From assembly GCA_903944345.1 (NCBI GenBank), contig CAJARJ010000005.1, positions 71,890-135,889 on the forward strand: a stretch of DNA of 64,000 bases. Direction: 5' to 3'. Position 1 is the first letter of the stretch; every line of letters begins with the position of its first letter. Below are positions 20,017 to 28,672 of the stretch, one piece after another. The translations under genes were made by a program, and so were the position numbers. Source of the DNA: Candidatus Omnitrophota bacterium (GTDB lineage: Bacteria; Omnitrophota; Gorgyraeia; Zapsychrales; Fredricksoniimonadaceae). The notes beneath the pieces are model-generated. The model did no database searches. It had not been told where the DNA came from and saw only the letters and a list, made by a program, of their open reading frames with translations.

Positions 20017-21213
20017 TTAGACCAGTTTCTGATACAACTCCAGAGTCTGTCGGGCAATTTTGTCCCAGGTGAAATGTTCTATAACCCGCTTGTGTCCGGC
20101 TTGTCCCATTTGCAGGCGCAAAGCAGGGTCGGCCATCAAAGCATCAATCTGGAAAGCCAGATCACGCGAGAAACCTTCAGGATCCACCGGCTCGGCCACC
20201 AGGTCGTTCTTCATCTGCACCGGAACCAGCCGTCCGGTAACCCCGTCAGCCACCGCTTCTTTTATACCGCCCACGGCGGAGGCGACCACCGGAATTTCAC
20301 AGGCCATGGCTTCGAGGTTGATAATGCCAAAAGGTTCATAAACTGAAGGACAACAGAACAGCGAAGCGTGCGAAAACAGCGCCCGTTTGACTTCCAGCGG
20401 AACCATGTCTTTCACCCAGACCACGTTGGGATGGATGCTGCGGGCTTCCTGAACCCCGGCTTCCATTTCCGCGGCGATCTCGGGAGTGTCCGGAGACCCG
20501 GCAGAAAGAACGATCTGCAGATCCGATTTCAGGTAACGGATGGCGCGCACCAGATGAATAATCCCTTTCTGACGGGTGATGCGTCCCAGAAAAAGCAGAT
20601 ACGGCTTTTCGGGGTTGATCCCATAGGGAGTCAGCCGCCAGGGTTCGTTCACTTTGTAAACCTGGGTCAGATCGATACCATTAGGAATAACGGTAATCTT
20701 GTCGGGAGAAATATTAAAAAGAGAAAGAATATCTTTTTTAGTGTCATGTGAGACCGCAATAACAGCATCTGCCATTTCAATAGCTGTTTTCTCGACCCAG
20801 CAGCTGAAATCGTAGCCACCGGCCAGTTGTTCTCTTTTCCAGGGGCGTAAAGGCTCCAGGGAGTGGACGGTCAATACCAGGGGGATACCGTAATTGAGTT
20901 TGGCAATAATACCGGCCATATGCGTGTACCAAGTGTGGACATGCACAATGTCGGCATCTATTCCCGCCTTGTTAAAGTCCAGTCCGCGCTGAAGGGCATC
21001 AAACACACGGGCCAGCTTTTGCGGAGAGGCCGAGAAGTCCTGTTTGGCAAACCCGCGGACGCTCAGGTTGCCGGATTGAAGGTTCTGATCGCCAAAACAC
21101 TGCACCTGAACCTGGCAAAGAGCAGATAAAGCCCGGCTGAGGTCGTCAACATGCACTCCGGCTCCGCCATAGATATAGGGAGGGTATTCGTTGGTCATCA
21201 GTTGTATTTTCAT
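20017..21213 (-). CDS. GT4-family glycosyltransferase (GlgA-like, actinobacterial-type glycogen synthase family)
   Basis: N-terminus MKIQLMTNEYPPYIYGGAGVHVDDLSRAL and GT-B fold motifs (E..FG, GGI.E) are typical of GT4 retaining transferases. Convergent with the ATPase gene. Confidence 0.7.
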   Translation of the reverse strand: MKIQLMTNEYPPYIYGGAGVHVDDLSRALSALCQVQVQCFGDQNLQSGNLSVRGFAKQDFSASPQKLARVFDALQRGLDFNKAGIDADIVHVHTWYTHMAGIIAKLNYGIPLVLTVHSLEPLRPWKREQLAGGYDFSCWVEKTAIEMADAVIAVSHDTKKDILSLFNISPDKITVIPNGIDLTQVYKVNEPWRLTPYGINPEKPYLLFLGRITRQKGIIHLVRAIRYLKSDLQIVLSAGSPDTPEIAAEMEAGVQEARSIHPNVVWVKDMVPLEVKRALFSHASLFCCPSVYEPFGIINLEAMACEIPVVASAVGGIKEAVADGVTGRLVPVQMKNDLVAEPVDPEGFSRDLAFQIDALMADPALRLQMGQAGHKRVIEHFTWDKIARQTLELYQKLV

Positions 21214-21485
21214 GGCAAGGATTATATACCATCGGTGTGTTCTGCCTATATGAATTTATCTATTTTTCGCGTTCCCGGCGGGGGGAGGGGGGAAAAAGAG
21301 GGTTGCATAGCTTGTTGGTTGTGGTAGATTGGGGGAAGGTTTGATGATAAGGATGCAAGAGGCCTTTTTTGACATTTATTGACATTTGAATTCAGGATTG
21401 CTTTGGTTAACTAGGTTTGAGAAATTATGTTGCGGGGTCTCATTTCCTTTTAGAATCATCGCGTTTTATTACGCAGGGAAAAACT

Positions 21486-23969
21486 ATGAGTAAAAAAATA
21501 AGTCGAGCAATGATTCCCAACTTGCTCTCTGCGATTGCTTGGGCAGTAGGAGTTGCATCTTTCATTTACCCGCTCTGGTTTAAACCAATGTTAGTTCTTA
21601 CTGATCAGTTTCTATATGATAGGTTTGACTTTGTATTCGGAAGTTTTGCTGTGATGTGTTGCGGATGGGTTGTTGTGTTTAACGCCTTGCCATTGGCCTG
21701 GTTTGAATATAAGCAGACTTTAACCAATGATGTGAAGGGTATTGGTTATGGTGGATGGATTGTTATAACTACATGTGTCGCCCTGTTTGCCACAGTCTCG
21801 GATATTTCTCAAGGGCACTTTTCGGCCTATTTCTTACTTTGGATGATCTTAAATATTTTTGCAGGCATGGCTTGCTGGATTGCTGTTATTGCCTTTCTTC
21901 ATAAGAACAACAGTAGGACTGAGAACAAGAAAGAAAAGAAGGATTTGCTGGAGCGAGGGGTTATTTTAACAAGCCTCAAGCAGTGCATTGATAGTGCGCC
22001 AGTTGATGAAGGATCTTTTGTGATTGGTCTGTACGGCGCTTGGGGTTCAGGAAAAAGTTTTGTTACCGATCTATTAAAGCACCAATATGAAAAACAAGAA
22101 GACGTGATTTTCCTACAGTTTACTGCTAGTGCATTTAGTAGCGAGAGCGCAATAATTCGCGGACTCTATGAAACAATTGAGAATGGATTTCCGTCGAACT
22201 CTGCTTTTCTTAAAAGAGCTCTGTGTAATTATGGTCGAAGCTTGGCTGAGTGCTTTAAGGCGCCGAGTATTGGCAGCTTCTTCGGCAGTGCCGGTTCTTT
22301 TGATCAACATAAGAATGAATTGGCAAAGGAGTTGCGGTTGGCTGATGATAAAAGAATTGTTGTCGTGGTTGATGATATTGATCGTCTTGAAGAATCTGAA
22401 GCACGAGCAGTATTGCGAGCTGTCAGGAATAATTTAGATCTTCCTAGGATTGTTTTTATTGTTAGCTGTGACCCTGACAAGGTTTTAAGTTTTTATCAAG
22501 GGAATGCCGGGCAGTTGGAAAAGATTTTAAATTGTTCGCTTCATTTGCCGATGCCAACAGTCGCTCAAATTCTTGATTATCTTCGCGACCCAGTTGTGAA
22601 AGTAGTCACCGCAGCAACGGGATCGGAAGATATAGCTAAGGGTACTATGGATTTATTCTCGGATGTGCTTGCAAAGGGAGCTTTTGAACGAGTTTTAACA
22701 CTGCGATGGGCAAAGTTGTTGGTAAATCAGCTTGAAACGTATCCGAAAGATATTATGAGAGAGGTTCGGCCGCTCGACATCATTTTATTAGAAGCGCTGA
22801 GATTGTTTTCTCCTGTGGCCTGGTCTGATATAAGCATGAACGAATCCCTCTACCTTGGAACAAGGCAGGTTTTTAAATTTGGTGTGGAGGCAAAGGAAAG
22901 AAGAAAGGAGGAATTGGCAGAGCTTAAGCAACATCTTACAAATTTGGTTGGAGGCCACCACATGAATGCATGCTTTGCTCTCATGGAAGAGCTTTTTCCT
23001 GAGGTTTTTGCTGCATTAAAATATGATCCGATTAGTAGGTTTGATGAAGAGAGGGCACGTGTTGAAAAACGAGTTGCTAACTCTGAGTGTTTTGAAAAAT
23101 ATTTCTTTAAGGCCGTTTTGCCGAACATGGTGAGCGACGGCCATGTAGAGAAGCTGTATAAAAGATGGAATAGCCTTGGGGTAGATGAAGCTGTAGAGGA
23201 TATGGTAACTATTTTTAAAGAGAGTCCATTAAACAAGGAATTGTTTTTTCAGGCTCTTTTGAGAAATTGTAGCATTGCATCGTCCTCGACAGCTGAAAGC
23301 ATGGTTTTGGCGTTATCTCGTTTAGGCTTAAGATGGCATGATGGATCTAGGGAGCAGTTTGGGCAGGCAAAGAATTTGTTTTTTGATCTTCTGGAGAAGA
23401 GGTGCTTGGATTCGGATGTGGCCAAGATTTATATGCGTTGCCTTCGGGAAGGAACTTCCTTGGACTTTACTGCTGCATGTATTGCAGAGCTCGCTATTCA
23501 GCCAAGGTATAAAAAGACAGCGGGTTTGGTAGATTTCAATGAAGCTAAGAAGTTTGGTGTCGATTTACTTACAAGAATCTTTGTTAAGGAAGGTGTCGAT
23601 GTCTTTGTGCAATACCCCGATAGTGCAGTAAGTCTTTTGCGATATTGGGCTAATGAGTTTTATTCTGTGGCAGGTGGCAAGAAGGCAGAGGTGAGCAATT
23701 ATATTTGGAGTAGAATTAACAGTTGTCCTCAGAATTTGTTAATGATTGCTAATTATCTTAGCGGCCCCGGAGATCATGGTTATTATATTTCGAATATGGC
23801 GATTGAATTTCTTGATATAGATGTTGCCGTGGTGAATATCGAAGGCTTAATTACCCAAGGAGTTTATTTGGGAAAAGAGTTGGAGAAGATTTCTTCGTTT
23901 AGAGATGCTTGTAAGCAATATCTTGAGAAAAAAGATATTGTGAGCCCTAAAAATAATAATGAGAAATGA
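21486..23969 (+). CDS. Membrane-anchored KAP-family P-loop NTPase
   Basis: Four predicted N-terminal transmembrane helices, then Walker A GLYGAWGSGKSF (KAP signature GxWGxGKS) and Walker B RIVVVVDDIDRL (the hhhhDDhDR KAP hallmark), then about 500 aa of alpha-helical C-terminal region. The track start 21417 is a TTG. I prefer the ATG at 21486 with an AGGGA ribosome-binding site. GC is visibly lower than in flanking genes. Confidence 0.75.
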   Translation: MSKKISRAMIPNLLSAIAWAVGVASFIYPLWFKPMLVLTDQFLYDRFDFVFGSFAVMCCGWVVVFNALPLAWFEYKQTLTNDVKGIGYGGWIVITTCVALFATVSDISQGHFSAYFLLWMILNIFAGMACWIAVIAFLHKNNSRTENKKEKKDLLERGVILTSLKQCIDSAPVDEGSFVIGLYGAWGSGKSFVTDLLKHQYEKQEDVIFLQFTASAFSSESAIIRGLYETIENGFPSNSAFLKRALCNYGRSLAECFKAPSIGSFFGSAGSFDQHKNELAKELRLADDKRIVVVVDDIDRLEESEARAVLRAVRNNLDLPRIVFIVSCDPDKVLSFYQGNAGQLEKILNCSLHLPMPTVAQILDYLRDPVVKVVTAATGSEDIAKGTMDLFSDVLAKGAFERVLTLRWAKLLVNQLETYPKDIMREVRPLDIILLEALRLFSPVAWSDISMNESLYLGTRQVFKFGVEAKERRKEELAELKQHLTNLVGGHHMNACFALMEELFPEVFAALKYDPISRFDEERARVEKRVANSECFEKYFFKAVLPNMVSDGHVEKLYKRWNSLGVDEAVEDMVTIFKESPLNKELFFQALLRNCSIASSSTAESMVLALSRLGLRWHDGSREQFGQAKNLFFDLLEKRCLDSDVAKIYMRCLREGTSLDFTAACIAELAIQPRYKKTAGLVDFNEAKKFGVDLLTRIFVKEGVDVFVQYPDSAVSLLRYWANEFYSVAGGKKAEVSNYIWSRINSCPQNLLMIANYLSGPGDHGYYISNMAIEFLDIDVAVVNIEGLITQGVYLGKELEKISSFRDACKQYLEKKDIVSPKNNNEK

Positions 23970-24054
23970 CTTTTTGTGTATATTTTGGGGAAACACTAAA
24001 CACTCGGAGTTCTTTGATATTTGATATAATTTTAGCTATGCTCCTCATTTGAAA

Positions 24055-24924
24055 ATGAATACACTCCAAACAAATTCAGTTTTACCTTTGGTTTCACAGC
24101 TTCGTTCTTCCTACCCAGCACTCCAGCAAGTTTTACAGGCTCCTTTTCAACTTAATCTTATAATTGACACTAATGTAATTCTCGGAGACATGCTTTGGAT
24201 GTTGAAGAAAAGGAGAAATGCAAATGCCAAAACAGAAATTCTTGAGTTATTGCAAAACAGAACTCTCTTTGCTTGTGCTCCTACGCTTCTAAAGAAAGAA
24301 ATAAAAAGACACATCCCGGTAATAGCCAAAAAAGAGGGCTTGGATGAGGGGGCTTTCTTATGCCTCTGGAAAGAGTATGAGAGATACATAGAATTTCTTC
24401 CGTATAAGACCTCCCAAAAATTAAGAAAGCAGTGTGAAAGAGATCCTAACGATGCCCCATTCTTAGCATTACAAATGTCACATCGATATCCAATCCATTC
24501 GAAAGATAAAGATATGGTCGCGATGGGTGGAAAAGTAATAAATGCACGATTGATTACGGATTTGAAGGAATATTCTAGAAACGCGGAGATATGTTATTCC
24601 TTTGAAATTTCTGGTATTGGTATCGGGATTTTAACGATATCGACAGCGCGGGCAATCTTTGTCTTGCTCTCGAAGATTCCCAAACAAATTTATGCTGGCG
24701 CAGCCATAGGTTTATTTGTTTTGCTTCTTCATCCGAAAAGTAGAGAACAAATTCTGAAATGTATTGAAAGTAATATGAAAGGAATATCCGCTGCTCTAGA
24801 AGAAGCCGCCAATATGATTTCTCCGAGTCTGGAAAAGTATAATCAAAGTAGAAATATCGTAGAAGATAAGAAAGAGCTTATAATAGGCCAGCTCGCTGGA
24901 CAAGGCCTGCAGTTTCGTCGGTAA
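24055..24924 (+). CDS. PIN-domain protein with two C-terminal transmembrane helices (putative membrane-anchored RNase effector)
   Basis: PIN acidic motifs are present: LIIDTNVILGD (Asp1), a mid Glu, RDPNDAPFLALQ (the D-x-N-D motif) and SKDKDM. Two hydrophobic helices follow (ISGIGIGILTISTARAIFVLL, AGAAIGLFVLLL). It lies 79 bp downstream of the KAP NTPase on the same strand. The track start 24049 is a TTG, and the ATG is at 24055. Confidence 0.6.
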   Translation: MNTLQTNSVLPLVSQLRSSYPALQQVLQAPFQLNLIIDTNVILGDMLWMLKKRRNANAKTEILELLQNRTLFACAPTLLKKEIKRHIPVIAKKEGLDEGAFLCLWKEYERYIEFLPYKTSQKLRKQCERDPNDAPFLALQMSHRYPIHSKDKDMVAMGGKVINARLITDLKEYSRNAEICYSFEISGIGIGILTISTARAIFVLLSKIPKQIYAGAAIGLFVLLLHPKSREQILKCIESNMKGISAALEEAANMISPSLEKYNQSRNIVEDKKELIIGQLAGQGLQFRR

Positions 24925-25023
24925 ACTCAAGAAATAGGGTCTTTCTGTGCCATTCCAAGAACGATCTTAAGAGAGCTACTGTAGCTTTCTTTCGGTTAGA
25001 ACAGAAATAAGTCTAAATAACTG

Positions 25024-25058
25024 GTGACACACAGAGTTGTTTTATAACATTCTTTCGA
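25024..25058. repeat. Degenerate partial left end of the MITE-like element
   Basis: gtgacacacaGAGttgttttataacat matches the consensus left end gtgacacacacaattgtttcttaacat. Confidence 0.45.
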
Positions 25059-25093
25059 ACCAAGCGGAATGTCAGGGGACTGTATGATAATTC

Positions 25094-25200
25094 GTGACAC
25101 ACACAATTGTTTCTTAACATCTATTGACGTTTACGCCAAACAAATTCTCTGTTGGCATATACGCAAGTCATTACCAGTCTCAAAAACTATATGTGTCCTT
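25094..25200. repeat. MITE-like element copy A (about 107 bp, right terminal inverted repeat degenerate)
   Basis: Left end gtgacacacacaattgtttcttaacatctattgacgtttacgcc.. The right end ..ctcaaaaactatatgtgtcct aligns with ctcaaaattctgtgtgtcac of copies B and C. It lies in the brnT upstream region. Confidence 0.55.
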
Positions 25201-25233
25201 GACATTGTGTAACTTGGTATATACACTTGAATC

Positions 25234-25521
25234 ATGGTGATAATTGATCGACCAATTGAGTTCCAATGGGATAAGGGCAACAAGGGAAAAAATCTTGTTA
25301 AGCATAAAGTAGCCGATCAGGAGTGTGAAGAAGTTTTTTTTGATCAGAAAAAAAAGATATTCAAAGATGCTTTACATTCCGACAATGAAGAACGATTGGT
25401 CTTATTAGGACAAACCAAGAATGGACGCGTCCTTTTTATTGTTTTTACAGTTCGTTCCGGGAGAATTCGGGTTATTTCAGCCCGGGATTTAAACCGAAAA
25501 GAGAGACATTTATATGAATAA
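25234..25521 (+). CDS. brnT: BrnT-family type II toxin (DUF497 ribonuclease toxin)
   Basis: 95 aa with the signature FQWDKGNKGKNLVKHKV (the FEWDxxKxxxNxxKHG motif). Confidence 0.75.
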   Translation: MVIIDRPIEFQWDKGNKGKNLVKHKVADQECEEVFFDQKKKIFKDALHSDNEERLVLLGQTKNGRVLFIVFTVRSGRIRVISARDLNRKERHLYE

Positions 25522-25780
25522 AAAAACTGATTTGCCAAAATTCAAGAATGAAGATGCGGAAAGAGATTACTGGGCAAAGTTTGATCTCTCCGATCATTTT
25601 AGCTCAAAGGATTTTTTGAGCGTTTCTTTGCCAAATCTAAAGCCGACATCGTCTGCTATTTCTGTACGCGTTCCCAATTATTTACTCGTTCGGTTGAAAG
25701 AAAGAGCCCATGAACTCAATATTCCTTACCAAACTTTAATGAAGCAATATATTGCGAACGGAATATTTGCGCATCATTAG
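25514..25780 (+). CDS. brnA: BrnA-family antitoxin (CopG/RHH-like)
   Basis: 88 aa, overlapping the brnT stop by 8 nt, with the toxin-then-antitoxin order typical of BrnTA. The C-terminal RHH-like region is ..VRVPNYLLVRLKERAHELNIPYQTLMKQYI. Confidence 0.7.
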   Translation: MNKKTDLPKFKNEDAERDYWAKFDLSDHFSSKDFLSVSLPNLKPTSSAISVRVPNYLLVRLKERAHELNIPYQTLMKQYIANGIFAHH

Positions 25781-25795
25781 TGTAGGAATTAAAAT

Positions 25796-25905
25796 AAACA
25801 GTGACACACACAATTGTTTCTTAACATCTATTAACATTTACGCCAGACGACTTTTCTGTTGGTATGTACGTAAGCATCAACCAATCTCAAAATTCTGTGT
25901 GTCAC
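25796..25905. repeat. MITE-like element copy B (about 110 bp) with imperfect terminal inverted repeats
   Basis: aaacaGTGACACACAcAATTgtttcttaacatctattaacatttacgccagacgacttttctgttggtatgtacgtaagcatcaaccaatctcaaAATTcTGTGTGTCACgg. It starts 16 bp after the brnA stop. Confidence 0.65.
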
Positions 25906-26037
25906 GGATTTGCAACACGAGGCGTTGCAGAATGTGAACCCGAATGATGTCTACGCTGGAAAGATGAAAAAGCTATAATCTTAACCAATGAAACAATAAC
26001 TGGCTGAAGATATACAAATTAATGGGGAAATATCAGA

Positions 26038-27294
26038 ATGACGGAAGCGATTTCACAACTGCCAAGGCTATTTCTTCTCATAGGCTTGTTGTTGGCTGCA
26101 GCGCATTTCTTCGGGTACATCTTTTATAAATGCAATCTTCCTAAAGTTATCGGTGAGATCTTCGGCGGATTCCTGTTGGGAAAGTCCGTTTTGGGGTATT
26201 TCAGCCCTGATATCTATCTATGGTTGTTTGATTCATTTAAGGAAGAGGGGGGTCTGCTTTCCGGATTTTACTGGCTAGGCTTGATCTTGCTTATGTTTAT
26301 TTCCGGATTTGAAATTCAGAAATTGTTCGATCGCGATGATAAAAGAATTATTGCCGTCATAGTATTGGGCTCTACCGTTATTCCTTTCGCCGCCGGTTTT
26401 AGCGCTCCTGTATGCTTTGGTGTGGCTCCGTTAATGGGAATCAAGGGGAATGTATTGGCGTTACAACTTGTTTTCGGCACTACCGTCGCCATCACTGCCA
26501 TTCCGGTTATTTCAAGAATATTTCTCGATTTGAATATTATGCGTACCCGGTTCGCTAAAATTGTATTGACCACAGCCATAGTACATGATGTGGTCCTCTG
26601 GTGTGTGCTGGCCATTGCTACCGGTTTGGTAAGTACTCGGGCCGCCGCACCGTTACAGGTGGCTAGCACAGTGTTGATGACCGTTGTCTTTATTGGATTG
26701 TCGCTGACGGTGATGCCGAGGTTAGTCAAATTTTGCAATACTTTAAAATCGAATTTGCTTATTAAATCTTCCGTGTTCGGTTATGCAATGGTCCTTTGTT
26801 TTATTTTTGTGGCTCTGGCAAGCGTTTTGCACGTTAATATTGTCTTTGGGGCGTTTCTGGCTGGCGTAGTCATCGGCTTAATGCCTGAGGAAAAAATTGA
26901 AAAGGGAAGGGCGGATATTAAAAAGATTGCGCTGGCATTCTTTATTCCGCTGTATTTTGCCATCGTAGGAGCGCGAATAGATTTAATTCATTATTTTGAT
27001 CTGAAGCTATTTCTGGGGGTTCTGTTTTTTGCTATCTTGAGCGCTACTGCAGGCACTTTGCTGGCGGCAAGGGTGGTCACCCGTGACTGGTTATCCGGTA
27101 TCAACCTTGCAGTGGCGATGAATACCCGAGGGGCGGTGGGCATTGTGGTGGCGACCATTGCTTTGGATTCTGGTATTATTAATGAACCTTTCTTTGTTGT
27201 TCTAGTTTCAATTGCAGTAGTGACAACACTTTTGACTGGTTTTTGGTTGAGATATGTATTATCAAGAGGCTGGGAGCTTTTTAAGATCGAGTAA
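26038..27294 (+). CDS. Cation:proton antiporter (CPA1/CPA2-type Na+/H+ or K+/H+ exchanger family)
   Basis: 418 aa with about 12 transmembrane helices and a glycine-rich N-terminal helix (VIGEIFGGFLLGKSVLG) typical of Kef/NapA-type exchangers. Confidence 0.75.
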   Translation: MTEAISQLPRLFLLIGLLLAAAHFFGYIFYKCNLPKVIGEIFGGFLLGKSVLGYFSPDIYLWLFDSFKEEGGLLSGFYWLGLILLMFISGFEIQKLFDRDDKRIIAVIVLGSTVIPFAAGFSAPVCFGVAPLMGIKGNVLALQLVFGTTVAITAIPVISRIFLDLNIMRTRFAKIVLTTAIVHDVVLWCVLAIATGLVSTRAAAPLQVASTVLMTVVFIGLSLTVMPRLVKFCNTLKSNLLIKSSVFGYAMVLCFIFVALASVLHVNIVFGAFLAGVVIGLMPEEKIEKGRADIKKIALAFFIPLYFAIVGARIDLIHYFDLKLFLGVLFFAILSATAGTLLAARVVTRDWLSGINLAVAMNTRGAVGIVVATIALDSGIINEPFFVVLVSIAVVTTLLTGFWLRYVLSRGWELFKIE

Positions 27295-27298
27295 GGAT

Positions 27299-27408
27299 AA
27301 ACAGTGACACACACAATTGTTTCTTAACATCTATTAACATTTACGTCAGACGACTTTTCTTTTGGCATGTACGTAAGTATCAACCAATCTCAAAATTCTG
27401 TGTGTCAC
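27299..27408. repeat. MITE-like element copy C (about 110 bp)
   Basis: Near-identical to copy B with about 6 substitutions. It starts 5 bp after the antiporter stop and ends about 25 bp before the next gene. Confidence 0.65.
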
Positions 27409-27433
27409 GGATTGTTAAAACGAAGGAAATTTG

Positions 27434-28204
27434 ATGCGAAATCTGTTTAAAATTGATCCAAATTGGATGTTTTTGAATGTTTTTGTGTTGATGACCGGTA
27501 CGATATTAGGAGCTTATAGCCCCTCTGCTTTCCTTTGGGCGTTTGGGATGTGTTGTTTGGCGGCCTTCTTATTAGGCAAAACAAGAAAAGTATCTCAGTT
27601 ATTCTTGCCATCGCTCGCAATATTTCTCGGACTCTATTTCTGGGGTCTGATAGGGACATTCTTAGTGCATCAATATTACTTATTTGGGATCAGAGTTATT
27701 TTTTTAATTCCTGTTTTGTTGGCAATCTTTTTTCCTACCAAATTCTTCATAGCTTTTGTTATTCTAGAAGCCCTCTTTGATTTGACTTTTGATATAGTTA
27801 ACATTTCGAAATATGCGTTGTGGTCGCCGCTCCATCAATCTTTAGCCGTTGCGATTGCCTTTCGTAGCACCGGGATTATTTTAGCAATTCGATACATTAT
27901 AGTTGATTGGCAGCAGAGTCCGAAGGGTTCAGAATCGAGAAGCGCGTTTGTAACAAAATATTGGTTCAAGCCGAAACTTGGGAAATGGGGTGTTGGCATG
28001 CCCATTACTTGGGAAGGCTGGGTCGCTTCCATATTGTTTTCTACTGCAGTTATTATTTGGGCTTGGATTCTGGGTTATTTTAATGAAAACTTTAAACCGG
28101 TCTCATTTCCTCAAAGCCTGATGTTCATTTCGGGGGGCATCTTCATCTCTCTTGCTTTTTGTTATTTTGTTAAAGACAAAGTTGAAGGCGGCGTTGGATT
28201 CTAA
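27434..28204 (+). CDS. Hypothetical polytopic membrane protein
   Basis: 257 aa with about 7 hydrophobic helices and no recognisable motifs. AAGGA ribosome-binding site 8 nt upstream of the ATG at 27434. The track start 27431 is a TTG. Confidence 0.5.
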   Translation: MRNLFKIDPNWMFLNVFVLMTGTILGAYSPSAFLWAFGMCCLAAFLLGKTRKVSQLFLPSLAIFLGLYFWGLIGTFLVHQYYLFGIRVIFLIPVLLAIFFPTKFFIAFVILEALFDLTFDIVNISKYALWSPLHQSLAVAIAFRSTGIILAIRYIIVDWQQSPKGSESRSAFVTKYWFKPKLGKWGVGMPITWEGWVASILFSTAVIIWAWILGYFNENFKPVSFPQSLMFISGGIFISLAFCYFVKDKVEGGVGF

Positions 28205-28216
28205 ATAATTCTCGTC

Positions 28217-28277
28217 AATAAACAGTGACCAATAAACAGTGACACACACAATTGTTTCTTAACATCCATTAACATTC
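28217..28277. repeat. Truncated MITE-like copy D (left end only) with a 14-bp tandem duplication
   Basis: aataaacagtgacc aataaacagtgacacacacaattgtttcttaacatccattaacatt, after which similarity to copies B and C ends. Confidence 0.5.
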
Positions 28278-28324
28278 GTATCATCTCAGAAATATTCCCA
28301 TTGAAATTTTTCTTTGTTACTGAT

Positions 28325-28355
28325 ATATTCATATATTCGATTTAACATATATTAA
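28325..28355 (+). promoter_or_regulatory. Putative ArsR operator/promoter region
   Basis: An AT-rich dyad (ttcatatattcgatttaacatatattaa) lies immediately upstream of the arsR ribosome-binding site. ArsR/SmtB repressors bind imperfect dyads overlapping their own promoter. Confidence 0.25.
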
Positions 28356-28362
28356 GGCTGCC

Positions 28363-28659
28363 ATGAAAAATTATGTATTGTTGTTTAAAGCGCTCTCTGA
28401 TGAGACGCGATTAAAGATCATGATCCTTCTTTCGGAAAAAGAACTTTGCGTTTGCAAAATAGAAGCCGCGCTGGATTCTTCACAAGCAAAGGTCTCACGA
28501 CATCTGACTGTTTTGAGAAATGCGGGGCTGGTAGCTTCTCGAAGAGATGGCCAGTGGATTTATTACTCAATAGTAAAACCCAAAAGCTGCCTGGAAGAGA
28601 AAATATTCTCATGTTTCAAGGATTGTTTACGTACAAAGGATCTTCCGTATCTTTTATGA
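28363..28659 (+). CDS. arsR: ArsR/SmtB family metalloregulator (arsenite-responsive repressor)
   Basis: HTH region plus the As(III)-binding ELCVCKI motif. Confidence 0.8.
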   Translation: MKNYVLLFKALSDETRLKIMILLSEKELCVCKIEAALDSSQAKVSRHLTVLRNAGLVASRRDGQWIYYSIVKPKSCLEEKIFSCFKDCLRTKDLPYLL

Positions 28660-28672
28660 AAGGACTGTCGCA

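Noticed and set aside
20006-20017. Short hairpin (aagccgacggctt) between the convergent ATPase and GT4 genes as a terminator
   Set aside because: The stem is only 5 bp with no T-tract, which is too weak to call.
25036-25080. tRNA-like motif (ttcgaaccaagcgg) near the degenerate MITE end
   Set aside because: No acceptor stem, anticodon arm or T-loop context is present. It is part of the repeat remnant.
25024-28277. Repeat cluster as a possible CRISPR array
   Set aside because: The repeats are about 105 bp long with terminal inverted repeats. The 'spacers' are entire genes of unequal length. There is no leader and no cas genes.
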